UHGV virus genome: UHGV-0876955
Strand: one strand, 5' to 3'
From: a virus
DNA length: 20,233 bases
Part shown: one piece after another, positions 1-7,928 of the stretch
Layout of the letters: each line of letters starts with the position of its first letter
Numbering within the stretch: position 1 is the first letter of the stretch
Notes under the pieces: model-generated
Database searches by the model: none
What the model saw: only the letters and a program-made list of their open reading frames with translations
Told to the model about the DNA's origin: nothing
Translations under genes and position numbers: made by a program

Positions 1-72
1 CCTATCCCCTGTGTGCCTTGAGAGACGCCGACCACTCCGTCTCTAAATTCAGAAAGTAACTCATTGGATTGA

Positions 73-2322
73 TACAGGCTTTCCACCGTTAACAAAGCTA
101 TTTCTGGTCGTTACGATGGCGGCTTCCCATGTGGTCGTATCGTCGAAGTATTCGGTCCTCCAAGTGCAGGGAAATGTGTTACCGCAGACACCATGCTGCT
201 GACGGAGCGTGGAATGGTAACAGTGAAAGAGTTGTTTGAGATTGAAGGGTACAAAGCGACATGCACTACTCGCGATGTAGAGCATAACGTTGGACTCATC
301 AATGAAAATGGCGTGATAGAGAAGACCTCACACCTGACATGGAACAACCGTCGCAAATTCAAGCGTATTAAGCTGGCATCAGGCGGTTATATCGAGGCTA
401 CGTTCCGTCACCCAATCCGTGTGGTTGACGACTTAGGTAATGTCGTCTGGCGACATGCTGAAAAAATCAGTGTAGGCGACACGATTCCTTCAATGGTTGG
501 CACACATCAATTCGGCGATCAGCACCTGGATGCCAATATCGCAAAACTGATGGGCTATTTAATTGCTGACGGATACGTCGCCTCTGAAAATTCAGTGAAT
601 TTTTCTAACACAGATCCTTTCATCAAGGATGAGTACTACCGCCTCATTTCGCTGGTATCAGACAAGATGCCAGTTACGAGAAAACATAACGGCTCGGAAG
701 ACCATGTGCTGTTTAGCAAAGAGGTGCGTTCGCTGCTTTTTAAAGAATATGGTCTGGAGTATGAGAAAGCTGCTGGCAAGCAGGTTCCGTTGAGTGTGCG
801 TCGCGCCAATAGCGAGGCTCAAATTGCATTCCTTCGCGGCTACTTTGAGCTGGAATGCCACGTCAATGATGGTCGCTGCATTGAGGTTGTGAGCGCGAGT
901 GGGCTGCTGCTACAGCAAATTCGCCTCATGCTCCTGAATCTGGGGATTACGTCAACTATCTCTGAAAAACACGTCGCGGGTTATGAAAATACATATTACC
1001 GGCTGTCATTCAGTGGCTCTAATTACGACCTTTTTCTGTCAACGATTGGTTTCGAATCTCCGGCACGTTTATCAGTGGCAACCAAACGGGACATTGGTTT
1101 TGACCGCACTTACTCAGGCTATGTTCCGCACATCAGCGGCTTAGTGAAATCACTCTACGAGTCGCTCACCAAGACCACCCGTGAAGACTACGCTCTGGTA
1201 GACCACGTTATTGGCCGCGGCGATCGTGTCGGAATAGACAAACTGCGAGAAATCTATGTCTCCTTCATTGGCAGAAAGAATCGTTTTAACGAGCATCTGT
1301 TTGCACAACTGGCAGCGGTAATTGGCTCTAACTTGTTCTACGACGAAGTCGTGGCTATTGAGGAAGGTGAAGCACCAACGTTCGACGTAGCGATGCCGGA
1401 AACACACTCTTTCTGGTCTAACGGGATTATCAGCCACAACACATTCCTTGCAACAGCAGCGATGATCTCCGCTCAAAAACAAGATGGTCTGGCGGTATTC
1501 CTCGATCATGAAAACAGTTTTGACGTTGGCCTGGCTGTAGCCAATGGCCTGAACGCAGATGAGGATGACGGTCAGTGGGTCTACAAACAGCCGGATACCT
1601 TCGAAGACTCCGTAGAGCTGATCGGCACAATCCTCAAGCTGGTGCGCGACGAAGAGCTTATTCCGGAAACAGCCCCTATCTGCATCGTAGCCGACTCTCT
1701 GGCGTCGATGGTTCCGAACTCGAAGGCTGAGAAGTTCGACAAGATGGCAGAAGGCACTGCGAAAGACAAAGATCAGCTGAACATGAACGACAACACGGCG
1801 CTGGCGCGCGCGACAAGTGCGAACTTCCCTACTCTGGCGCTTTGGGCGCGTAAGTACAACGCGTGCATCATCTTCTTGAACCAGGTGCGTACCAAAATTG
1901 GTGTGATGTTTGGCGATCCGACTACGTCTCCGGGTGGCGACTCTCCGAAGTTCTACGCGTCGGTGCGCATCCGTCTGGGTGCATCCGTCATGAAGGATGG
2001 CAAAGAGAAGATCGGCCAGGACGTAGGCGCAGAATGCATCAAAAACAAAGTTGCACCACCGTATGGCAAATGCACCTGGAAATTCTACTTCGATCCTACT
2101 CGTGGCCTCGACGTTATCGAATCGCTCGTCGAGTACATGCTGGAAGAAGGATACCTGCCAAAGAACGCCAGCGGGCGAGTTGAAATTGGTGACAAGAAAT
2201 ACACCAAATCGCAGATCGTCGAGATGTATCGGGAGAAGCCACTGGCTGAAATCATTGCGGCTTTGCAGGCAATCGACGACCGAAGAGCAAAAGACAACCC
2301 CACCGAGTCAGTAGAAGAGTAA
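73..2322 (+). CDS. recA: RecA-family recombinase precursor containing an intein; 5' end unresolved (frame opens at 73 after an in-frame TGA at 70-72, no start codon before the conserved core)
   Basis: Extein reads ...GGFPCGRIVEVFGPPSAGK | TFLATAAMISAQ...ICIVADSLASM...FLNQVRTKIGVMFGDPTTSPGGDSPKFYASVRIRLG..., matching RecA Walker A and the [25 protein letters not shown] core as I recall it from E. coli RecA. Stop TAA at 2320-2322. Confidence 0.8.
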   Translation, partial: YRLSTVNKAISGRYDGGFPCGRIVEVFGPPSAGKCVTADTMLLTERGMVTVKELFEIEGYKATCTTRDVEHNVGLINENGVIEKTSHLTWNNRRKFKRIKLASGGYIEATFRHPIRVVDDLGNVVWRHAEKISVGDTIPSMVGTHQFGDQHLDANIAKLMGYLIADGYVASENSVNFSNTDPFIKDEYYRLISLVSDKMPVTRKHNGSEDHVLFSKEVRSLLFKEYGLEYEKAAGKQVPLSVRRANSEAQIAFLRGYFELECHVNDGRCIEVVSASGLLLQQIRLMLLNLGITSTISEKHVAGYENTYYRLSFSGSNYDLFLSTIGFESPARLSVATKRDIGFDRTYSGYVPHISGLVKSLYESLTKTTREDYALVDHVIGRGDRVGIDKLREIYVSFIGRKNRFNEHLFAQLAAVIGSNLFYDEVVAIEEGEAPTFDVAMPETHSFWSNGIISHNTFLATAAMISAQKQDGLAVFLDHENSFDVGLAVANGLNADEDDGQWVYKQPDTFEDSVELIGTILKLVRDEELIPETAPICIVADSLASMVPNSKAEKFDKMAEGTAKDKDQLNMNDNTALARATSANFPTLALWARKYNACIIFLNQVRTKIGVMFGDPTTSPGGDSPKFYASVRIRLGASVMKDGKEKIGQDVGAECIKNKVAPPYGKCTWKFYFDPTRGLDVIESLVEYMLEEGYLPKNASGRVEIGDKKYTKSQIVEMYREKPLAEIIAALQAIDDRRAKDNPTESVEE
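175..1440 (+). mobile_element. Intein (422 codons) with LAGLIDADG homing-endonuclease domain, inserted between Lys and Thr of the RecA P-loop
   Basis: Begins with Cys (TGT 175-177) in CVTADTMLL (intein block A-like); two LAGLIDADG-type motifs LMGYLIADGY (547-576) and FLRGYFELECHVNDG (829-873); ends ...GIISHN (Asn AAC 1438-1440) followed by Thr +1, after which RecA sequence resumes in frame. Confidence 0.8.
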
Positions 2323-2328
2323 ACACAA

Positions 2329-2352
2329 GGCGTCCACAGGACGCCTTTTTTA
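2329..2352 (+). terminator. Rho-independent terminator after recA
   Basis: GGCGTCC-aca-GGACGCC stem followed by TTTTTTA. Confidence 0.6.
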
Positions 2353-2363
2353 TCTCTTGAAAA

Positions 2364-2382
2364 TATATAAGTACTTACTTAT
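2364..2382 (+). promoter_or_regulatory. Copy of recurring promoter-like motif TATATA-N-ACTTACYTAT
   Basis: tatataagtacttacttat; related copies at 4312-4334, 7825-7843, 19306-19324, each upstream of a + strand gene start. Confidence 0.35.
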
Positions 2383-2414
2383 TATTTTCGCATAACAACC
2401 ACATAGGAAAACAC

Positions 2415-2615
2415 ATGATCAAAATCTATCTATTGGCAGTATCCACAGGCCTTTCAGTGGCTCTCATCTACGGTTTACTAGTTCCGTCGCTGATTTCTAC
2501 CAAGAGTGATTTAGCCGTCATGTTTGGAGTTATCGTTGGTTTTGGTGCTCCTGTAATCGGTCTTATTGCTGGTCGTAAGTTTATCAACTCATTAATCAAA
2601 GCAAAGGGGAAATAA
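2415..2615 (+). CDS. Small hydrophobic membrane protein (66 aa), probably two TM segments
   Basis: ORF preceded by conserved start element aaccacataggaaaacacATG; hydrophobic sequence LLAVSTGLSVALIYGLLVPSLI ... VMFGVIVGFGAPVIGLIAG; stop overlaps SD of next gene. Confidence 0.5.
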   Translation: MIKIYLLAVSTGLSVALIYGLLVPSLISTKSDLAVMFGVIVGFGAPVIGLIAGRKFINSLIKAKGK

Positions 2616-2618
2616 GTA

Positions 2619-3449
2619 ATGAAGAAAGGTTTACTTGCAGTTGCTCTGGCGGCTATTTGCACAATGGGTCTTACTGGCTGCGATCGCGTGGAGCCTGGAT
2701 ACGTTGGCATCAAAGTAAACAAATTAGGTGAAGACAAAGGGATTGGTGAAGTGGTTGGCGTTGGTCGCCAATGGACAGGTCTTAATACCGAACTTTACGT
2801 ATTCCCGACCTTCAAACAAATGAAGACCTACGACGAGCCGTTCACATTCCAGATGAGTGACGGTACTGCTATTGGTCACAAAATTGGCGTTGCGTATCTG
2901 GTTAATCGTGACAAGGTAACGACGGTGTTCCAGACCTATCGCAAAGGCGTAGACGATATCACCGAATCAGATCTGCGTCAGAAAATTGCCGACTCTCTAA
3001 ACCGTTTGGCCAGCCGTATGACCACTGACTCATTTATCGACGGTGGTAAGGCACAATTGCTGGACAACGCACTGAAAGATATTCAGAAAGAGATGTCTCC
3101 GGTTGGTATTGAGGTACTGAGCCTGTCATGGGTTGGAAAGCCTGATTACCCAAAAACCGTCATTGAATCTATTAACGCCAAAGTAACGGCTAACCAGCGT
3201 ACTCTGCAACGTCAGCAGGAAGTTGAACAACGTAAAGCTGAGGCGAATATGCTACGTGAACAGGCTAATGGTGAAGCTGATGCTATCCGTGCTCGTGCGC
3301 AAGCAGAAGCAGACGCCATTCGTCTGCGCGGTGAAGCTCTGCGTCAAAACCCGAACGTTATGGAGCTGGAAGCCATCAATAAATGGAATGGCCAGTTACC
3401 GCAGTACATGACTCAAGGGGCTAACACTCCTTTCATTACAGTGAAATAA
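2619..3449 (+). CDS. SPFH/band-7 (prohibitin/HflC-like) lipoprotein
   Basis: Signal peptide with lipobox MKKGLLAVALAAICTMGLTGC; SPFH-like core and C-terminal Ala/Glu/Arg-rich helix (EADAIRARAQAEADAIRLRGEALRQNP) typical of band-7 proteins; SD aagggga upstream. Confidence 0.65.
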   Translation: MKKGLLAVALAAICTMGLTGCDRVEPGYVGIKVNKLGEDKGIGEVVGVGRQWTGLNTELYVFPTFKQMKTYDEPFTFQMSDGTAIGHKIGVAYLVNRDKVTTVFQTYRKGVDDITESDLRQKIADSLNRLASRMTTDSFIDGGKAQLLDNALKDIQKEMSPVGIEVLSLSWVGKPDYPKTVIESINAKVTANQRTLQRQQEVEQRKAEANMLREQANGEADAIRARAQAEADAIRLRGEALRQNPNVMELEAINKWNGQLPQYMTQGANTPFITVK

Positions 3450-3466
3450 CTCCCCTAAAAAGTTCA

Positions 3467-3491
3467 GGCGTCCAGTTGGACGCCTTTTTTA
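3467..3491 (+). terminator. Rho-independent terminator
   Basis: GGCGTCC-agtt-GGACGCC followed by TTTTTTAT; near-duplicate of the stem at 2329-2345. Confidence 0.6.
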
Positions 3492-3540
3492 TCGCAATTA
3501 TCTTATTAAGAAAACAATTTGTTTGAAAGGATAAGAAAAC

Positions 3541-3966
3541 ATGACAGCTATTAAGAAACTCTACGATGCTGCAAACGTGGCTCTGGATGTTATTGATGAT
3601 GAAGTAGCAAAAGGCTTTCCTGAACCTGATTGGGCGCATCAGCTACGAAACGCTATCGCAGAAATGACCCCACCAGATCCAACCCCCGACGAGACAGACT
3701 GGCAGCGATTCATCCGTATGTACGCTCAGGAAATAGGTCCAACGCCAACGGCAGAGCAGGCAATGCTGCTGAAATACTTCAAAGAGGCGGGAGAGGATTT
3801 ACCAATTGATGACTCAGCATATTGGTTCCACTGCGCATGGCGTAAGTATGACGTGATATTCACACAAGGCATGGGAAGCAAAGATATGGTTGTGTGGCAT
3901 CTACTCCATATAGACACAGCCGTTGACAGAGTTATTGAACAGTTTTTCCCTAAACAAGAAGATTGA
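3541..3966 (+). CDS. Hypothetical acidic protein (141 aa)
   Basis: ORF with SD gaaagga 8 nt upstream; strongly Asp/Glu/Pro-rich. Confidence 0.5.
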   Translation: MTAIKKLYDAANVALDVIDDEVAKGFPEPDWAHQLRNAIAEMTPPDPTPDETDWQRFIRMYAQEIGPTPTAEQAMLLKYFKEAGEDLPIDDSAYWFHCAWRKYDVIFTQGMGSKDMVVWHLLHIDTAVDRVIEQFFPKQED

Positions 3967-4020
3967 TCGCCTATTCATAACTAACAAAATAAGTAAACAC
4001 TAACCACAAAAGGAAAACAC

Positions 4021-4296
4021 ATGAGAGTTTTAGTTCGAATCGTTACCAGCACTGTCTATGACGTGTTTCCGCTTTTTATGGTCAAAGCCGATGGCCTTAA
4101 CGACGAAGAAACTGACGCGCTGATCCAGCGTATTCTCGTTGAATATACAGGTCATGACGCTGATTCAGTGATGATTGATGATGATGGTGTTTGTTGGCAT
4201 AACGGCAACTGTTGGTACGTAGAAGAGACTCAACAAATCAGTGATGAAGATGCCGCACATCTTGAGCGTATTTTAAGCATCAGCACTTTTGAGTGA
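4021..4296 (+). CDS. Hypothetical acidic protein (91 aa)
   Basis: ORF preceded by conserved start element accacaaaaggaaaacacATG. Confidence 0.5.
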   Translation: MRVLVRIVTSTVYDVFPLFMVKADGLNDEETDALIQRILVEYTGHDADSVMIDDDGVCWHNGNCWYVEETQQISDEDAAHLERILSISTFE

Positions 4297-4335
4297 GTTT
4301 ACAGTAAAATTTATATAAGTTAGTATCTACCTATC

Positions 4336-4515
4336 ATGAAGATTTTTATTGAATACTTGTTACTCATCGTGTCAATAGCTTTTGTCATCGACTGCATTTT
4401 CACTGGTGTCATTCGTAAAGTCTTTTCCCCGGTGAACGACGTAGTCATAAACGCTTTGGCTATCGTGCTCGTATTTAATTCAGCATTTGATGTAATCAAA
4501 GAGGTGGCAGCATGA
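4336..4515 (+). CDS. Small hydrophobic protein (59 aa), not in the supplied ORF track
   Basis: ATG 4336 to TGA 4513-4515, which overlaps the ATG of the next gene (ATGA); translation MKIFIEYLLLIVSIAFVIDCIFTGVIRKVFSPVNDVVINALAIVLVFNSAFDVIKEVAA is membrane-like. Confidence 0.35.
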   Translation: MKIFIEYLLLIVSIAFVIDCIFTGVIRKVFSPVNDVVINALAIVLVFNSAFDVIKEVAA

Positions 4516-4847
4516 AGGCCATCCCATTCGCGCTGTTGTTCCTTTCTTCGATCGTTGTGGCCGACACCACTGTTTATCAGTGTGAAATGTCTGTAGCCGA
4601 CGTTAAGAATGGCGCTCTTACCGACGTCATAAAAGCACCATATGGCGCGATGGTCGTAGACAGCGGCGACCAGTTCTATGTTGTGCGAGACGATCGAGTA
4701 TTGTCATCCCCATATCTCACAAACCGTAATGGCAAATTAACCGGCGTCGGAGAAGACCACTTCGTATACAACAAATACAAGGGCTTCTATGGCGTTCACG
4801 CTTCTCAGCAAAGCTACCTTTTCGATGACTGCAAGGAGGTTGGATAA
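4512..4847 (+). CDS. Secreted/periplasmic hypothetical protein (111 aa) with N-terminal signal peptide
   Basis: MKAIPFALLFLSSIVVA signal-like N-terminus; SD gaggtgg upstream. Confidence 0.5.
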   Translation: MKAIPFALLFLSSIVVADTTVYQCEMSVADVKNGALTDVIKAPYGAMVVDSGDQFYVVRDDRVLSSPYLTNRNGKLTGVGEDHFVYNKYKGFYGVHASQQSYLFDDCKEVG

Positions 4848-5059
4848 TGGCATTAACACTGGCAGGTCTGGAAATCGAGAAAACAAGCGGATACTGGCGT
4901 GCTAAGGGTTTCAAGCAGCCTGGCATTCTTGAGCGTCTGGAACGTGAAGATGGGTATATCGTCCACCAGCGGCGTGAATGGCGTATGTACGATCCAGAAA
5001 CAGGAAAACTGACTACAAAAGCCGGAACACTTTGGGGTCTGTTGAAGAAAATACACTAA
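4847..5059 (+). CDS. Hypothetical protein (70 aa)
   Basis: SD aaggagg upstream; start overlaps upstream stop (TAATG). Confidence 0.45.
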   Translation: MALTLAGLEIEKTSGYWRAKGFKQPGILERLEREDGYIVHQRREWRMYDPETGKLTTKAGTLWGLLKKIH

Positions 5060-5067
5060 ATGCAAAC

Positions 5068-5091
5068 TGACTGCGGCACGTGCCGCAGTCA
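5068..5091. repeat. 24-bp perfect palindrome centred on CACGTG
   Basis: tgactgcggcacgtgccgcagtca, followed by T-rich tatttcat; terminator or protein-binding site at the edge of the iteron array. Confidence 0.5.
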
Positions 5092-5106
5092 TATTTCATA
5101 GTCGTC

Positions 5107-5640
5107 ACCGCTGACAGCATACACAATCAACTGCCGCTGATAGCATATCGAGAGTCTATCTCACCGCTCACAGCATACTTTACTCGATTTTTTACCGCTG
5201 ACAGCATACTTAAGACATTGCATGAATAATATGTCCCGGTATGGGTATAACCAGAACAAAATTACCGCTGGCAGCATACGAAGGTCTGACATATACCATT
5301 AATTACCGCTGATAGCATATCCAAACAAAAATTCCTCAATAAAACACCGCTGACAGCATACGTTCTATCAGAGAGCAGCAGGCAATAAATGCCTTTCACT
5401 ACAAGCAATCAGCGCAATGGCAATAGAATGTTAGTGAGCGCAAACCTTTATGGAATGCACTCTTCGAGGTTAGTAACCACTGGGGAGGTATGACAGAGCA
5501 TTGAGTGGTGATAGATGATTAACCGCTCACAGCATACGTTTATCTCACTATACCGCTGGTAGCATATCTTTTAACCGTTCACAGCATACTTTTCAGGAAA
5601 ATAGCCGCTGATAGCATACATTTCACCGCTGACAGCATAT
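5107..5640 (+). repeat. Iteron array downstream of repA (incA-like): 12 direct copies of ~16-bp ACCGCTGRYAGCATAY
   Basis: Copies start at 5107, 5133, 5163, 5194, 5264, 5305, 5346, 5522, 5552, 5574, 5604, 5625; the last overlaps the repA stop. Confidence 0.85.
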
Positions 5641-6734
5641 CAAAGCAGTTTGAGACTATTGGAAAGGATCTCAATCATCTTGATATTTTCAGGCGTCAAA
5701 TTCTGCGAAAGTTCAGTTATCTTGTTGATAATGTTCTGTTTAGCATCAATTTCCCCGGCTTTCTCATCTGGTTTTTTGGGTTCGATGTCTTCAGGTTTTG
5801 GCGGTGCGACTTTGAGTTTTGGATTGCGGCTGTGAATCTGGATATAGATCGACCGCCCCCGCTTAATCTCGCTATATTCGAGATAGCCCAAATCTTGGAG
5901 AGCTTTTAAGCCGTTACGTATAGTCTGATTCTGCGAGCTGACATTCCTGCTACTCAAATTGAGTCGCGCACGCAATCGAGCAAGCGATACCGGCGCAGGC
6001 TTGGTTGGAAGACTTTCGATGAAGGTGTACAGAGCCTGTGCTGTTTCTTTGCGTGGTAGCTTATTGATAACCTTTAACTGCAAAAGAACCTTATGGTCAA
6101 AGCGATATAGTTCGGCCAGCTTCGGTTCTGCATAGAACACCACCGTATCTTTCTGCTCGTTGTAGTCCACGCTATTGATGAGGTGCACCATCAGAAGCGA
6201 GATCTTGTTAGAGCCGTCGACGTTCTTTTCTTCATACGTTCTCTGGAAAGACAGAGTTGTACGCATGATCTTCAAAAGACTGTTTGTAAGCCGGTCGCGG
6301 AGTGTTTTGCGGATCTGTGACGATGGATAGCCACAAAACTTCGCAAATTTCGTGATGCTTAACTCGACACGACCGTTAGGTTCGCCGTATTCTGCCAGCG
6401 AACGCACAACGCCCACCCACGTTTTGAAATCATGATCCATGTCGAGACGAGGACCGGTTATCTTGATATCGGAATAGCCTTCAGAACGGGCTACTTCGAG
6501 CTGAACAAGCTCCTTTGAAGCATCGATCTCATTTGGCTTGTTACGCTTGCTGTATTTTGTCCCCTTGAGCGTGGGCACGAACAACCCCAGCCGCATCAAC
6601 GCAATTGGTTGGACTGTATTGTTGCTATTAGGGACAAGTTCCCCTGTGTACAATTCAAGGGAACCTTCTTCAAAGTTGTCGAGATTATCTTCTACTTCTT
6701 TGTTATTTTTACCTTTTTTATTTTTTGTGGACAT
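5640..6734 (-). CDS. repA: Replication initiator RepA (RepFIB / P1 RepA family), 364 aa
   Basis: Motifs NSNNTVQPIALMRLGLFVP, KITGPRLDMDHDFKTWVG, LYTFIESLPTKPAPVSLARLRARLNL, HSRNPKLK match my recollection of RepFIB/P1 RepA. Start taken at ATG 6734-6732 (MSTKNKKGK); the track's longer N-terminus (to 6854) is just translated iterons. Confidence 0.85.
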   Translation of the reverse strand: MSTKNKKGKNNKEVEDNLDNFEEGSLELYTGELVPNSNNTVQPIALMRLGLFVPTLKGTKYSKRNKPNEIDASKELVQLEVARSEGYSDIKITGPRLDMDHDFKTWVGVVRSLAEYGEPNGRVELSITKFAKFCGYPSSQIRKTLRDRLTNSLLKIMRTTLSFQRTYEEKNVDGSNKISLLMVHLINSVDYNEQKDTVVFYAEPKLAELYRFDHKVLLQLKVINKLPRKETAQALYTFIESLPTKPAPVSLARLRARLNLSSRNVSSQNQTIRNGLKALQDLGYLEYSEIKRGRSIYIQIHSRNPKLKVAPPKPEDIEPKKPDEKAGEIDAKQNIINKITELSQNLTPENIKMIEILSNSLKLL

Positions 6735-6754
6735 GTGGACACCTTTGTCATTCA

Positions 6755-6856
6755 ACCGCTGACAGCATACTTGATTTGCCGCTGGCAGCATACCAAAAAC
6801 AGTTGGCAGCATACGGCGAACCGTTGACAGACTATCAATTACCGCTGGCAGCATAC
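6755..6856 (+). repeat. Origin iterons upstream of repA (incC-like): 5 copies at ~21-bp spacing, two degenerate
   Basis: Same consensus as the downstream array; copies at 6755, 6778, 6801 (partial), 6820 (degenerate), 6841. Confidence 0.8.
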
Positions 6857-6903
6857 ATGAACATGGCTTCAGACCAGTCGTGGCGCGGCTTACAGCGATC
6901 GGG

Positions 6904-6969
6904 GATCTTATTTGATCTATACAAGGATCTATCTATGGATCTCTTTATTAGGATCTATCCTGTGGATAT
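6904..6969. promoter_or_regulatory. Origin-associated GATC cluster (5 sites in ~52 bp) plus DnaA-box-like TGTGGATAT
   Basis: GATC at 6904, 6914, 6926, 6938, 6952 within repeated gGATCTat units; tgtggatat at 6961-6969 matches the DnaA box complement TGTGGATAA at 8 of 9. Confidence 0.55.
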
Positions 6970-7055
6970 GTGAATAATTAAAACAGGCATTTACTACCTT
7001 CGGCGCACCTGGTGAGTTATCGTTGCCTCGGCTAACAATCACAGAAAAATGACAT

Positions 7056-7700
7056 ATGGATCTAAAACGCACGCGCTGGGTTCGTCGTCTTGAAAACGGC
7101 TCCTACACTATCGAATCAAATTCCAACCTGAATAAGCAGAAGTTGCTTTGTGACATCTGCGGTATAGCGGCGAAGTGCCCGATCTACGAAACCAGAATTA
7201 AACTTGATAAGGCTGGTGTGAACTTTCATTTAAACAGTTGCATCAGGTACGTTCCATTGCTCGCATTTCGTAAACCGATCATCGGATTGGATGCACCCTA
7301 CTTCAACACACTCCGTTCAGGTGTGACGTGGCGAGATCGTTTATCACCAGACAAGCTGATTTGCCTTGTATCCGCAGACACAGGGAAAATCATCCGTTTT
7401 GGGAAAGTAGACAAGGTTTACTCAGGCCCAGTAGACGAAATGTTGCGGAAACACAGCCGGTTTAATCATCTCTGTATGGGTGGTGAGAAAATCGAGAAGG
7501 TAGAAGAAGTGATCCGCAAATCCTACGGACACTTTCTGACCAAAGATAGCCTGCTCACCGCAATCTACATCAGACATGTAAAACGTGAGTTCGACCTCGA
7601 ATACCACAGCGAAGAAGAGCTTAACCTTGTTGACCCACGTCCAAAAGCTGGCGTCATAAGCATAAACGCAGCGCGTAAAAAGCCCACTGACGCGCTGTAA
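7056..7700 (+). CDS. Hypothetical protein (214 aa) with Cys pair CDICG...C
   Basis: Long ORF with protein-like composition; no recognisable family; no clear SD. Confidence 0.45.
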   Translation: MDLKRTRWVRRLENGSYTIESNSNLNKQKLLCDICGIAAKCPIYETRIKLDKAGVNFHLNSCIRYVPLLAFRKPIIGLDAPYFNTLRSGVTWRDRLSPDKLICLVSADTGKIIRFGKVDKVYSGPVDEMLRKHSRFNHLCMGGEKIEKVEEVIRKSYGHFLTKDSLLTAIYIRHVKREFDLEYHSEEELNLVDPRPKAGVISINAARKKPTDAL

Positions 7701-7824
7701 CCCTCCAGATCGTATATTGGCGTAGATAGAATCTACGCCTCCTCAAAATAGCTCTCATAGCGTTCTACAGTGATCCTGTCTTATTTTTAGTTATACAGAC
7801 AAGCAAAGTTGCGTCACAACAAAT

Positions 7825-7843
7825 AGGTATATACTTACTTATA
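7825..7843 (+). promoter_or_regulatory. Copy of recurring promoter-like motif
   Basis: taggtatatacttacttat, nearly identical to the copy at 19306-19324. Confidence 0.35.
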
Positions 7844-7928
7844 AATTTTGTATATTAAGACGTTCGTTTCATTCCTAACATACCGTTATGCATAGTTGTT
7901 TACCTTCTCATTGCTCTTAAAATTTGTA

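Noticed and set aside
1150-2314. Several short ORFs in alternative frames and on the minus strand within recA and its intein
   Set aside because: All lie inside the well-supported RecA/intein frame and have no independent signals.
6735-6854. Extended N-terminus of the track's rep ORF (MLPAVIDSLSTVRRMLPTVFGMLPAANQ...)
   Set aside because: These codons are the reverse-complement translation of the upstream iterons; the real start is the internal ATG at 6734 with an SD-like aaagg upstream.
5107-6856. Direct-repeat array that could be mistaken for a CRISPR array
   Set aside because: Repeats are only ~16 bp, spacing is irregular (about 5 to 60 bp plus one 160-bp gap), copies are degenerate and they flank a rep gene; this is an iteron origin.
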